A stretch of DNA of 64,000 nucleotides from Dehalococcoidia bacterium (GCA_965248595.1 CBDFJM010000005.1:66400-130399), one strand, 5' to 3'; shown: positions 1 to 9,766, counted from the stretch's first letter. Notes: a model not told the origin generated them from the letters alone. Numbers and translations are program-made.

Positions 1-11
1 GCATTCTGACA

Positions 12-1511
12 GTGTCTGGCAGACCTCCTACCTCCTTCGATGGGCAGCTACTGGCCAACTCCCCCGGCCATTCGGAGTGGATAGGAAAGATGATGAACAA
101 CCTGTTCATCAACTATGAGGGGACCACGTTGGAGTGCGAGATCTGCACGGAGTGGCACCTGGACAACGCAGGCAAGACCATGGTCTTCAACCTGATCCCG
201 GGGATAAAGTTCCACGACGGCAAGGAGATGGACTCCTCCGACGTCGCATACTCCCTGGATATGATAATGGGCAGGATAGATGGGTCGGTTTCCCAGCGCA
301 GCGGTGTCATCAAAGAGTTCATTGACTCCATGGAGACTCCTAGCAAATACGAGTTGCGCATCAACATGGCCCGACCTTCCTCGTTTGTGCCCAAGGTCCT
401 GGCCGTTGGCCCCAGCATGTTGTATCCGAATGGTACGACACGAGAAGAACTGAAGGCTGCTCCGAGAGGCTCAGGCCCCTTCCTCCTGGGAGAGGTGATT
501 CCGGGGGCTAGCTGGACGGTCGAGCGCAACCCCAACTATTTCAAGGCCGGCCAGCCATACCTGGATGGAGTGTTCATGGTCAGGCTAGCTGACACTGCCG
601 CCAGTATAGCCGCGTTCCTGACCCACAAGACGCATTGGATATCCAACAGCAGTGAACAGTATGAGAAATCTCTGGGAGACCTGGTGGCGGAAGGCAAAGT
701 AACCGAGGGCTTGAACAAGGGAGGCTGCGGGCCCCAGTTCCTGCATTTCAACCCCAACAAGCCGCCCTACGATGACCTCAACATAAGGAAAGCAGCCAAT
801 CTGGCCCTGGACAGGAAGGTGTTGGAGGAGTTCACGTATGGCCTCAAGTGGTCTGTGCCTCAGGTCCTGTTCGCGAACTCCAACGAGGAGTTCGGTACGC
901 CTGAAGACGATATCTGGGACAAAATACCGGGCTGGGGAACTGGAGCCAATAAAGAAGCAGAGCTTGATGAGGCCAGGAAGCTGGTAATCGACGCAGGCTT
1001 CCCCGACGGGTTGGAGGTGAGACACATGCAGAAGACACCTCTTACTTCAGCGAACAGAAGGGGAGGTGAAATCACCCAGGCGATGCTGAAGAAGGTAGGG
1101 ATCAACGTAACGTTCGACCTGGTTGATGCTCCCCAGCATGATATCAGAATTCAGAACAGGGACTTTCTGGCCCAGTGGTACCAGTTCTGCCTCGTAACTA
1201 GGGACGTGGACGAGATAGTGGGCCAGTACTGGATCACAGGCGCTGCGCGCAATCTCATAACCTACAGCAGCTCTGAGGTGGACTCCCTGTACCTAAAGAT
1301 GTCCGCGGAGCTGGACCCGACGAAACGTAAGGACCTGTTCCTACAGATCCAGGACATCATCGTTGTCCAGGACGTAGGCCATGCCCCGGCCTCGGGTGCA
1401 GATCGACCTGTCTACTGGTGGAAGGACCTGGGAGGGTTCTCCGCCAATGTCTTTAGTTACAACTGGTCCGCCGGACGCAAGCGAGCGGATCAGCTATGGC
1501 TGAAGCCGTAG
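12..1511 (+). CDS. ABC transporter substrate-binding protein, family 5 (DppA/OppA-like), N-terminus cut by window edge
   Basis: The frame is open back to base 3 and no signal peptide is visible, so the gene starts upstream of the window. About 500 aa of SBP_bac_5-like sequence, followed directly by DppB- and DppC-type permease genes. Confidence 0.75.
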   Translation: MSGRPPTSFDGQLLANSPGHSEWIGKMMNNLFINYEGTTLECEICTEWHLDNAGKTMVFNLIPGIKFHDGKEMDSSDVAYSLDMIMGRIDGSVSQRSGVIKEFIDSMETPSKYELRINMARPSSFVPKVLAVGPSMLYPNGTTREELKAAPRGSGPFLLGEVIPGASWTVERNPNYFKAGQPYLDGVFMVRLADTAASIAAFLTHKTHWISNSSEQYEKSLGDLVAEGKVTEGLNKGGCGPQFLHFNPNKPPYDDLNIRKAANLALDRKVLEEFTYGLKWSVPQVLFANSNEEFGTPEDDIWDKIPGWGTGANKEAELDEARKLVIDAGFPDGLEVRHMQKTPLTSANRRGGEITQAMLKKVGINVTFDLVDAPQHDIRIQNRDFLAQWYQFCLVTRDVDEIVGQYWITGAARNLITYSSSEVDSLYLKMSAELDPTKRKDLFLQIQDIIVVQDVGHAPASGADRPVYWWKDLGGFSANVFSYNWSAGRKRADQLWLKP

Positions 1512-1663
1512 CGGCTACCAAATAGGCATTGCAAAGCTGAGATTCCAGATTGTTGAAGGCCAGGGCTGGGCAAGCACTTTGCTCAGCCCTGGCAGGGCAA
1601 GGTTCATCCGGATTGTGGGCGGACTTCTTGCAATGAGTACGTTTGGGGAGAGGGATAGCTTCA

Positions 1664-2623
1664 ATGCGTAAGTACGTCGTGCGCAGGTTTGCGCTGTTCC
1701 CACCGACGATCCTAATCCTGTCGTTGGTGGTGTTTGGACTCATGCGTGTCCTCCCCGGGGACGTGGCCATGAGGCTCCTCAGCGGCGATGAAGGGCTCCC
1801 TAGCGTGTCCGGGCTCGGCTTGGAGCAACTCCGGGAGGCGATGGGACTGAACAGGCCGTTGCACATACAATACTTGACCTGGGTGTGGGACATAGCCAGA
1901 GGAGACTTTGGTGAGTCTTTGGTCTCTGGTGAGCCTATAGGTGACGGCGTGCTTCAGAGGCTCGCCATCACCGTCCAGCTGGCGCTGATGGCCAAGCTGC
2001 TGTCCATTTTTATCGGTGTGCCTCTAGGAATCATATCTGCAATAAAGCGCAATTCGGGGACAGACTACATCTCTCGATTCCTCGCCATCATTTTCCTGGC
2101 GGCGCCCAACTTCTGGCTTGCTATCATGTTCGTCCTGGCCGGAGCGCTCTGGTTCAACTGGTCCACGCCTCTGGGATATAACCTGTTATGGGAACACCCA
2201 AGGGAGAACTTGTTGCAGCTCATTTGGCCTGCCGTCATCCTGGCCCTGAGCGGTATGGCCACTCTGGCCAGGATGACCCGGTCCACCATGCTGGAGGTTC
2301 TGGGGGAGGACTACATCCGCACCGCCCGGTCCAAGGGGCTGTCGGAGCGGTCCGTCGTCATGCGCCATGCCTTTAAGAACGCACTTATCCCGATTGTGAC
2401 TCTGGCAGGTCTGTCCTTCGGTAATCTTCTCGGTGGCACGGTAATCCTGGAGGCCGTGTTCGGCATCCCTGGCATGGGTAGCTGGTTCATAGATTCCATT
2501 AGGCTCCAGGACTACACCGTTGTGCAGAGTATCGTGGTGATCTTCGGTGTTTTCTTCATGTTCATAAATCTGGTTGTAGACCTGATGTACGCGTGGCTGG
2601 ACCCCCGCATCAGCTATGGATAA
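1664..2623 (+). CDS. ABC transporter permease (DppB/OppB-like)
   Basis: ORF 1643..2623. I prefer ATG 1664 (MRKYVVRRFAL, a typical DppB N-terminus, purine-rich GGGGAGAGGG upstream). Hydrophobic multi-pass protein ending VDLMYAWLDPRI, the usual DppB C-terminal motif. Confidence 0.85.
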   Translation: MRKYVVRRFALFPPTILILSLVVFGLMRVLPGDVAMRLLSGDEGLPSVSGLGLEQLREAMGLNRPLHIQYLTWVWDIARGDFGESLVSGEPIGDGVLQRLAITVQLALMAKLLSIFIGVPLGIISAIKRNSGTDYISRFLAIIFLAAPNFWLAIMFVLAGALWFNWSTPLGYNLLWEHPRENLLQLIWPAVILALSGMATLARMTRSTMLEVLGEDYIRTARSKGLSERSVVMRHAFKNALIPIVTLAGLSFGNLLGGTVILEAVFGIPGMGSWFIDSIRLQDYTVVQSIVVIFGVFFMFINLVVDLMYAWLDPRISYG

Positions 2624-2741
2624 GCGTATTCTTAGAGCATAGAGAGGCTATCGTGAGTTCCTCGACAGTCCTTAGCCAGGTGGCGATTAGCCCAACCCTA
2701 AGCCGGAGACTGGGCGTAGCATTGCGTGGGACGGGCCGCCT

Positions 2742-3557
2742 GTGGCGCACTCAGACGGTTGGCATGGCAGGTGCCACGATTCTCCTGATCCTTCTGGCAA
2801 CTGCGGTGTTCGCGCCCTGATCAGCACACATGACCCCACCGAACTGTTTTATGAAAGCTTGCTGGAGGCTCCCAGTACCCGCCACTGGATGGGCACCGAC
2901 CAGTTGGCCAGGGACCAGTTCAGCAGGTTGGTATACGGTACGCGTATCTCTTTCATTGTGGCTTTCCTGGCCATCGGTATCGGGAAAACCGTTGGCTATA
3001 CCCTGGGCATAGTCAGCGCCTATTTGGGCGGGAAGTTCGACATGTTCGTCCAACGGTTCGTAGACGCCATGCTCGCCTTTCCGAACATTTTATTGGCGTT
3101 GACCATGGTGGCTGTGCTGGGGCCGGGCCTGGAGAAGGTCATTATAGCCATCGCCGTCACAACGTTCCCATCCGGTGTCCGGATAGCACGAGGGACGGTA
3201 CTATCCGTGAAACAGAATGTATACATTGACGCGGCCCGGGTCGTAGGGGCTTCCACAAATCGGATCATGTTCCGCCATATACTCCCCAACTCGTTAGCGC
3301 CTTTCCTCATCATTGCCTCTGTCTCTCTGGGCGGTGCTATCCTTGCTGAGGCCTCGTTGAGCTATCTTGGGCTTGGGGTGCCACCGCCCCATGCTTCCTG
3401 GGGACGCGCGCTTTCGGGCGGTGCCGTTGACTTCATGCTCACAGCGCCCTGGCTGATGATCGCCCCGGGCATTGCGATAACAGTCCTCGTACTGGCGTTC
3501 AACATGTTTGGCGATATGATGCGGGATATCTGGGACCCAAGGCTTCGCGGACGATGA
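2742..3557 (+). CDS. ABC transporter permease (DppC/OppC-like); first TM helix lies in another frame (apparent frameshift near 2812-2822)
   Basis: Contains HWMGTDQLARDQFSRLVYG and ends MMRDIWDPRLRGR, both classic DppC motifs. The expected N-terminal helix (GATILLILLATAVFAP) is in ORF 2593..2820, probable start GTG 2653 after GAGAGG. Confidence 0.8.
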   Translation: MAHSDGWHGRCHDSPDPSGNCGVRALISTHDPTELFYESLLEAPSTRHWMGTDQLARDQFSRLVYGTRISFIVAFLAIGIGKTVGYTLGIVSAYLGGKFDMFVQRFVDAMLAFPNILLALTMVAVLGPGLEKVIIAIAVTTFPSGVRIARGTVLSVKQNVYIDAARVVGASTNRIMFRHILPNSLAPFLIIASVSLGGAILAEASLSYLGLGVPPPHASWGRALSGGAVDFMLTAPWLMIAPGIAITVLVLAFNMFGDMMRDIWDPRLRGR

Positions 3558-3620
3558 CGGGCGGCCTTGTGGCCAAACCTTAGGTGCGTCGTCGGAGAAT
3601 GAACCGGACAAGGGGGCATC

Positions 3621-4856
3621 ATGGACTTCGTATATCAGTACACGGAGGAACAGGAGCGATTCAGAGAGGAAGTCCGGGCCTGGCTGGAAGCGAACATCTC
3701 ATCGGAAATGAGGGAACCGGTGGATCCGGCCGACCCTTCTGAGGAGATGTTTCAGTACTGGCGGCTGAAGAATCGTGAGCTGGGTGCAAAAGGGTGGCTC
3801 TTTCCCACATACCCCAAGGAGTACGGAGGTGGCGGGCTTACTGGTCAACACGAGACCATCCTAAATGAAGAGTTTAACCGAGCAGGGGTGTCACGAATTG
3901 GATCCACCGTGGTGCTGCCGTCGCTTCTGGTCTGGGGCACCGAGGAACAGAAGCAGAAGTTCCTCAAACCATTGCTGACCGGAGAGCGTATTGCCTGGCA
4001 GAAGTTCACAGAGCCACATTCAGGGGCCGACCTGGCCGGCTACGAGAGCAAGGCGGTCCGTGATGGCGACGAGTGGGTGTTGAACGGTTCGAGCGTATTC
4101 GCCGGCGGCCACGAGACGGACCAAAGCTGGTACTACGGCCCCATGGTAACTGACAAGGAAGCGCCCCGTCACCGGAACCTGGGGTACTTCATGATCCCTT
4201 ATCCCCATCCAGGTGTCGAGATCAGTTGGATGAACCTGGTCCACGGCCAGGACAAGTTCAACCGTAAGGTGTTCCTGTTTCTGAATGACGTGCGGCTACC
4301 TGCGGACCACCTAATTGGCGATGACCACAATGGATGGCAGGTGACAAACACTAGCCTGGAACAGGAACACGGCGGCCGTGGGAGAGCTACCTTCAGGGAC
4401 GATATCGTGGATTCGATAGTGGGCTACATGAAAGAGAGTAGAGCGGGAGGCAAACATCCAGGAGGAGACCCTGTTCTCCAGCAGGCGGTCATGGCCGCCT
4501 ACATTGATGCGCGAGTGGATGAGTTGATTGGCAAGCGGACGTACTGGATGTATACGAACAGGAAAGAGATGAGCTGGGAGGGACCAGGCAACGCGCTCTT
4601 TGGCAGGGAATACCGGCTGCGGAACGTGGGGAGAGCCCGGCAAGTGATGGGGATGCCTGCCCTTCTGGGTACCCATGACCCATTAACGCCTCATGGCGGT
4701 GTGCAGGAGGTGTTCCAGCGCACTAGCTTCGTAAGCCAGCACGGCGCCGGTAGCCTCAACATTGCCAAGGTGGTGCTGGCTAGGCGTATAGGCATCAGCC
4801 GCACCAAGGAGCGTCCGGCTCCCACGCCTGCTACGGCCACTCAGTACGCCGCGTAG
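3621..4856 (+). CDS. acyl-CoA dehydrogenase family protein
   Basis: 411 aa. N-terminus TEEQERFREEVRAWLEAN ... ELGAKGWLFPTYPKEYGGGGL is typical of ACAD N-terminal and middle domains. Confidence 0.8.
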   Translation: MDFVYQYTEEQERFREEVRAWLEANISSEMREPVDPADPSEEMFQYWRLKNRELGAKGWLFPTYPKEYGGGGLTGQHETILNEEFNRAGVSRIGSTVVLPSLLVWGTEEQKQKFLKPLLTGERIAWQKFTEPHSGADLAGYESKAVRDGDEWVLNGSSVFAGGHETDQSWYYGPMVTDKEAPRHRNLGYFMIPYPHPGVEISWMNLVHGQDKFNRKVFLFLNDVRLPADHLIGDDHNGWQVTNTSLEQEHGGRGRATFRDDIVDSIVGYMKESRAGGKHPGGDPVLQQAVMAAYIDARVDELIGKRTYWMYTNRKEMSWEGPGNALFGREYRLRNVGRARQVMGMPALLGTHDPLTPHGGVQEVFQRTSFVSQHGAGSLNIAKVVLARRIGISRTKERPAPTPATATQYAA

Positions 4857-4879
4857 TAGCGCAATAGGCCACTGTTTTT

Positions 4880-4907
4880 CGTACCGCCTCCGTATGGGGG
4901 CGGTACG
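4880..4907 (+). terminator. intrinsic-terminator-like hairpin after the acyl-CoA dehydrogenase gene
   Basis: CGTACCGCCTCC gtat GGGGGCGGTACG is a 12-bp stem with one G-U pair, followed by TTGTGTCT, 24 nt after the stop codon. Confidence 0.6.
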
Positions 4908-5052
4908 TTGTGTCTGCCGCCAGGCGGTGGTAGAGTACCCCATCTAGGGATGTGTTGCACCATATGCAGATATTAGCGGACGGTATGCGCCAAAGGTTCC
5001 CAGGGTCTAAAGATAGGCAGAGGAGATTTACTGGTAGTGAAGGAGGACAGGT

Positions 5053-5778
5053 ATGGCAAGTCAAGAGTCGTTGAAACAACGCATACGCAAAGGCGAGGTC
5101 ATCATAGGGGTGTCAGTGCCCATAAGTGCCGACCGGCAGCGGATGGAAGCCATCCTGAGCAAGGATAAGTACGACTACATTACTGTTGACAGCCAGCACT
5201 CAGCGTTCAACGAGGAGAGGCTGGTGGCAGTCTGCGCGATTGCAGAGGAGGTGGGCATACCGGTCCAGTTCCGCATTGAGCATACACGGCTGACTTATCT
5301 AATTGGCAACCTGCTCGACCTGGGCCCATGGGGCATAGAGGTGCCCCAGGTGGAGTTGGAGTCAACCGTGGACGAGGCGATCAATTACTTCTACTATCCC
5401 CAGTTTGGCATAAGGAGCAATGGCGGCGCCGCGCGGTATGGACTGAAAGGCCGTGAAGGACAATTTGAATATGCCGAATGGTGGAACAACACGGGAGTCC
5501 TAGAGATGCAGTTGGAGTCAGTCCAGGCTACGACCAACGCTCGAAAGCTTGCTAAGCCAGGGGTTGACCTCCTGTCATGGGGTCCCACAGACCTGGCCTT
5601 CAGCCTGTCCGGCAATCCGAATCACCCGTTCAAGACCATGGACGACTGCATACGCTATGTTCTGGAGCAGCTACAGGGCACCCAGGTCAAGGTGTCTTTG
5701 CGGAGCGGCACGCCAGACCAGCGCGATAAGTACACGAAGATGGGCGTTACGGTGTTACTGGAGCGAGCCCAGGCATAA
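5053..5778 (+). CDS. HpcH/HpaI aldolase / citrate-lyase-beta family protein
   Basis: GIPVQFRIEH...LLDLGPWGIEVPQVELESTVDEAINYFYYPQFGIRS matches the family pattern vR...LD.Ga.Gi.vP.V.s.e.a...YpP.G.R. GGAGGA lies upstream of the ATG. Confidence 0.65.
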   Translation: MASQESLKQRIRKGEVIIGVSVPISADRQRMEAILSKDKYDYITVDSQHSAFNEERLVAVCAIAEEVGIPVQFRIEHTRLTYLIGNLLDLGPWGIEVPQVELESTVDEAINYFYYPQFGIRSNGGAARYGLKGREGQFEYAEWWNNTGVLEMQLESVQATTNARKLAKPGVDLLSWGPTDLAFSLSGNPNHPFKTMDDCIRYVLEQLQGTQVKVSLRSGTPDQRDKYTKMGVTVLLERAQA

Positions 5779-6179
5779 GAAATCCGCGTTTGCAGCGACT
5801 GTGATAGACAGCGAAAGGAAGCTGATTAAGGCACTCGGCGCTACATGCCGGGTGATTAGCAGCCCTTTCGACCACCACCTCCGACTTTGTCGAGAGTCCT
5901 CGATGTAATCGGGACATCATCGGGCTGTTGCCAGGACGGGAGTAGAAGTTACATCCGGGGGATATCCCACCCCTCTGGATGTCCCTTTAGCAACAGCCTG
6001 TTGTAGGTCGTGACAAAACCAGCTAGCCCCCATTTCACTCTTTCAGACTTTGGCTAATTATCCATTTGCCAAAGCCTTGAATGTACCCTCGCGTTCTCCG
6101 CATAATGGGCCAGACCGCGCCGGCAGAGCAGAATCTACATTGTCTGTAGCGAGTGCCAGCGTGAGGAAGGGGCCTTAAT

Positions 6180-6557
6180 ATGAATCCGTCAGACCAGCTG
6201 CAACTCCTAATTGGCGAGCTTACAGCTTCTGTTCAGGCATTCCATGATAGGTTTGGCCTGGTGGGGCCATCCACCGGGGAAGAGCTCCTCAGCCGCATCC
6301 CAATTCAGGAAGAAGAGGTGCGCGAGCTGCACCAAGCCATCCTCAACGAGCCGCCGGACCATGTAGCCGCCGAGGCGGTGGACGTGCTCTACGTGGCCAT
6401 CGGCACGCTGCTTCGCCTGGACCCTGTTCTGGCCTCCGCTGCTCTGCGGGAGGTTATTCAGAAGAACGCCGCCAAGACCTGGGCAACCCACCATATCAAC
6501 TCTGCCGGCAAGGTGGTACGGCGAGCTTTGGAAAAGCCTGGTGAGACCGTACTGTAA
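6180..6557 (+). CDS. MazG-like nucleotide pyrophosphohydrolase (all-alpha NTP-PPase superfamily)
   Basis: 125 aa. The pattern EE..EL..A......AEAVDVLYV is typical of small MazG/HisE-like proteins. Family assignment is by eye only. Confidence 0.45.
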   Translation: MNPSDQLQLLIGELTASVQAFHDRFGLVGPSTGEELLSRIPIQEEEVRELHQAILNEPPDHVAAEAVDVLYVAIGTLLRLDPVLASAALREVIQKNAAKTWATHHINSAGKVVRRALEKPGETVL

Positions 6558-6668
6558 ACGGTGCGGCACCATGCGGCAGTTATCAAGACCACAAAAGCAA
6601 GCATGCGAACTTGAATGGTTACTGACCTTCAGGCTGCGGGGTACACCGCAGGGTGATACCATAAACCC

Positions 6669-7415
6669 ATGCCAACCATTCAAGTAGTCACGCTGGACCT
6701 GTGGCAGACCCTTATGGTAGACCGCCAGGAGTGGGGTAGGGAGCGGACACGCCTGCGCATCGGTGGCACAGTGGACGCGCTGCACGACGCAGGCGAGACA
6801 GCCACGGAAGCCCATGTACGAGAGGCGTACCGGGCTTGCTACCTGGCCTGCGAGGCGGTGCGCCAAGAAGGGCGGGACGTATCCTTTAAAGAGCAGGTGC
6901 AGATCTTCGTCCGCGGCATATCCGATGGCTTGCTGGAGCGCATCAGCCGTGACACCTTTGCGCGCATCCTCAACCGGTACGCAGATGCCTTCTTCGAGTC
7001 GCCCCCTGCCATGGTGGAAGGTGTGCCAGACATGCTCTCGGCCCTCAAGGACAAGGGGTACCGTCTCGGAATCATATCCAATACGGGCCAGACACCGGGA
7101 CGTCTCATTCGGGCTTACCTGGAGGACCTGGATATCATCCAGTTCTTTGACCACCTGACCTTCTCCGATGAAGTCAGGCTGTCAAAGCCAACGCCTGCTA
7201 TATTTCTGCACACGCTGGCCACCATGGGCTGTCTGGCTGAGCAGGTGGTCCACGTGGGCGACCACCTGCTCAACGATGTCTTAGGCGCTCATCAGGTGGG
7301 AATCGCCACGGTCTGGGTGAAGGGGTTCGACGCCAGCGCAGTGCAGGTGACGCCAGCCGTGACCATAGATAGCATCACCGATCTGCCAGGGGTGCTGGAT
7401 ACACTGGTAGCCTGA
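6669..7415 (+). CDS. HAD-superfamily hydrolase (subfamily IA-like)
   Basis: Motif I VTLDLWQTL (the second Asp is replaced, as in haloacid-dehalogenase-like members). Motif II IISNT. KP...HVGDHLLNDVLGA supplies motifs III/IV. Confidence 0.75.
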   Translation: MPTIQVVTLDLWQTLMVDRQEWGRERTRLRIGGTVDALHDAGETATEAHVREAYRACYLACEAVRQEGRDVSFKEQVQIFVRGISDGLLERISRDTFARILNRYADAFFESPPAMVEGVPDMLSALKDKGYRLGIISNTGQTPGRLIRAYLEDLDIIQFFDHLTFSDEVRLSKPTPAIFLHTLATMGCLAEQVVHVGDHLLNDVLGAHQVGIATVWVKGFDASAVQVTPAVTIDSITDLPGVLDTLVA

Positions 7416-7476
7416 AACCGCTGACATCCGGCCTCTGGGAAGTACAGGGGGGTGGAGCCCCATTGGCGGGGGCACT

Positions 7477-7558
7477 GGGGTCCGATGAGCATAGCCCATT
7501 AAGATCCGATAAATCGAGATTCCCGACGGAGTCGGAACTCTCGACACAATCGGAGGTG
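7477..7558. repeat. dispersed intergenic repeat (GGGGTCCGATGAGCnnAGCCCATTnAGA ... CTCTCGACAnAnTCGGAGGTG)
   Basis: The 28-nt block at 7477..7504 recurs at 18627..18654. The CTCTCGACA.A.TCGGA block at 7538..7557 recurs at 18655..18671, at 18577..18592, and inverted at 5881..5896. Short CCGA/TCGG mini-hairpins lie between the blocks. Confidence 0.7.
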
Positions 7559-7648
7559 TTCCCCAGATCTTTTATGCTCTACCCCCTTCCTGCGAGGAAG
7601 GGAGCCAGTGGGATGGTCGAAAGAGATTTGCGGTAACTTGCTAGAGGC

Positions 7649-8122
7649 TCAGACAGCGCTCAGGGTGACCAGCACGATGCCGAGCACCACCAGGCCCGCG
7701 CCTATCCAGATGCGTAGCGTCACCTTCTCCATCCGCTGGAGGAAGAGATGCGCCAGCGTCAGAGAGACCAGTGGGTTTGCGGCGGCAATTGGAGAGACTA
7801 CCACTAGCGGTGCCAGGCTAAGAGCGTAAAAGAGTGAAGCCACTCCGCACGAGGCCAGCAAGCCCGCCAGCGCTACGAAAAGGAAGTCGCGCTTGGGTGC
7901 ATGCCTGTCGCGGACCACGCCGCGCGCGGACAAAGCCCCAAGGATCACCAAGCCGGCCATAAGAGCAAACGTAGTGACCACTAGCGATGGAGCCTGTTCG
8001 GTCACCAGCTCGCGGGCCAGGAACTGGGCGGTGCCGTAGGACGTGGCGGCCATGACGGAGGCCAGTATCCCCAACAAGATTGGCCGCTGTCCCGTCCTGA
8101 TAGAGGTGATGAAGGCGCTCAT
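7649..8122 (-). CDS. EamA-domain (DMT superfamily) transporter, C-terminal-half-like single-domain protein
   Basis: 157 aa, hydrophobic, about 5 helices, one EamA domain. Lies 5 nt downstream of another single-EamA ORF in a different frame. Confidence 0.7.
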   Translation of the reverse strand: MSAFITSIRTGQRPILLGILASVMAATSYGTAQFLARELVTEQAPSLVVTTFALMAGLVILGALSARGVVRDRHAPKRDFLFVALAGLLASCGVASLFYALSLAPLVVVSPIAAANPLVSLTLAHLFLQRMEKVTLRIWIGAGLVVLGIVLVTLSAV

Positions 8123-8127
8123 GCCCC

Positions 8128-8559
8128 TTATCTCGCCCTTTCGCTCACTACAAGCATAACGCCGGCTACTATGGCGGCTATTCCCAGGGCTATGGTAAAC
8201 GTAATCGTCTCGTTCCCCAGAACCACACCCAGGGTCGCCGCCACCAGAGGCGCTCCGGCCAGGATAGGGGCCGTCCGGCTAACGCCCGCCAGTTGTACGC
8301 CTGTGAAGTTCAGCAGCCGGCCCAGGGGGTAGTTGATAAGACCTAGAAGAATTATCCAAGCGTATACAGTGGCTGGAAGAGCGAACATCTCGCTACCGTA
8401 TATGGCAAAAGTTATGATGCCAAACAGCGAACCACCTGAAGCCAAGGAGACCACAGTGCCTGTGGTGGAGCGCATGTGCCGGAGTCCCAGCCTGACAAAT
8501 ATGGCGGAAGTCCCCCATGAAGCGGCGGCCAGGAGTGCTAGCAGAATGGCTGGCAGCAA
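8128..8559 (-). CDS. EamA-domain (DMT superfamily) transporter, N-terminal-half-like single-domain protein
   Basis: 143 aa, hydrophobic, about 5 helices, one EamA domain. Canonical EamA proteins fuse two such domains in about 300 aa. Confidence 0.7.
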   Translation of the reverse strand: MLPAILLALLAAASWGTSAIFVRLGLRHMRSTTGTVVSLASGGSLFGIITFAIYGSEMFALPATVYAWIILLGLINYPLGRLLNFTGVQLAGVSRTAPILAGAPLVAATLGVVLGNETITFTIALGIAAIVAGVMLVVSERAR

Positions 8560-8560
8560 G

Positions 8561-9253
8561 CTATTTCACCGAGGCGATGACGGACTCGAAAAGGAGCCGG
8601 CCATCGGTTCCGCCCAGCAGTGGCTCGCAGCACCTTTCGGGATGCGGCATCATTCCCAGGACGTTTCGTTGTTCGTTGACCACGCCGGCGATGTTCTCCA
8701 CGGCCCCGTTGGGATTGGAATCCTGGGTAGCAGCCCCCGCTGAGTCACAGTACCGGAAGAGCACCTGCCCTCTCTGGTTCATCGCTTGAAGCGTGGATGA
8801 GTCCGCGTAATAGTTGCCCTCGCCGTGAGAGATGGGGATTCGTAGCACCTGCCCAGGGCGGCATGCCGAGGTAAATGGCGTCTCCTCGCTTTCTACCCTC
8901 AGGTGCGTCCACTGGCATCGAAACTGGAGGTGCTGGTTTCGCATCAGCGCGCCGGGCAGGAGTCCCGATTCGCACAGGATCTGGAAGCCGTTGCAGATAC
9001 CTATCACGGGTCCCCCGCGCTGTGCGAAATTCGCCACGGAGGCCATCACAGGGGAGAAGCGGGCCACGGCCCCTGTGCGCAGGTAGTCGCCGTAGGAGAA
9101 GCCTCCTGGCAGGATGATGCAGTCGTATGGAGATAGGTCGGTGTCCTTGTGCCACACATAGGCTGCATCTTGCCCCACCACATCGTTCACTACGTGGTAA
9201 CAGTCAGTGTCGCTCCATGTGCCCGGAAACACCACAATGCCGAAGCGCAACAC
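8561..9253 (-). CDS. purQ: phosphoribosylformylglycinamidine synthase subunit PurQ (glutaminase)
   Basis: [19 protein letters not shown]...[13 protein letters not shown]...GICNGFQIL...HGEGNY is a textbook PurQ sequence, including the Cys and His-Glu catalytic residues. Confidence 0.95.
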   Translation of the reverse strand: MLRFGIVVFPGTWSDTDCYHVVNDVVGQDAAYVWHKDTDLSPYDCIILPGGFSYGDYLRTGAVARFSPVMASVANFAQRGGPVIGICNGFQILCESGLLPGALMRNQHLQFRCQWTHLRVESEETPFTSACRPGQVLRIPISHGEGNYYADSSTLQAMNQRGQVLFRYCDSAGAATQDSNPNGAVENIAGVVNEQRNVLGMMPHPERCCEPLLGGTDGRLLFESVIASVK

Positions 9254-9319
9254 GCCTCCTTAGTCTTGTAGAGGACCCATGGTCCGCGTACCGGTGGGCA
9301 CTGTTTCCCTGGGGCAGCG

Positions 9320-9766
9320 CTAGCCGGTAAGGAGTTGGGCCACTATCTGGCTGACCTGAGAGCCATCGGCTCTGCCGCGGAGCTGGGGCATCAACTGTCC
9401 CATGACCTTGCCCACGTCCGATGGCCCTATGGCACCTACTTTGGCGATGGTATCTCGTGCTATCTGGGAGATCTCTTCCTGGCTTAGTTGGTGAGGCATG
9501 TACTGACGGATGATGGCCAGCTCAGCCTCCTCTTTCTCTACCAGGTCCAGGCGCTTTCCGCGCTGGAATTCGGTTATGCTCTCCTGATGCTGCCGGACCT
9601 GTGTGGCCAGGATCTTGAGGACTCCTGCATCATCGAGTTGTTTTTGGAGGGCTATCTCTTCGTTCTGGATGGCGGCACGGACCATGCGCAGTATGGTGCG
9701 CCGCAACTCATCCTTCTGCCGCATGGCATTCCGCAGGTCTTCTTGAAGGCGCTCCTGGAGAGGCAT
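9320..9766 (-). CDS. yqeY: GatB/YqeY domain-containing protein
   Basis: LQEDLRNAMRQKDELRRTILRMVRAAIQNEEI is the characteristic YqeY N-terminus. 148 aa. Sits directly downstream of rpsU, as in many bacteria. Confidence 0.9.
   Translation of the reverse strand: MPLQERLQEDLRNAMRQKDELRRTILRMVRAAIQNEEIALQKQLDDAGVLKILATQVRQHQESITEFQRGKRLDLVEKEEAELAIIRQYMPHQLSQEEISQIARDTIAKVGAIGPSDVGKVMGQLMPQLRGRADGSQVSQIVAQLLTG

Noticed and set aside
6207-7154. 315-aa minus-strand ORF
   Set aside because: It is antisense to both the MazG-like and HAD genes and crosses their intergenic spacer. It has no recognisable motifs.
7477-7504. Possible hammerhead ribozyme core (CCGATGAGC…GAA) in the repeat block, also at 18627..18654
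   Set aside because: The motif reads CCGAUGA, not CUGAUGA. The putative stem II is only 2 bp. No GAAA/cleavage-site arrangement with flanking stems I and III could be drawn.
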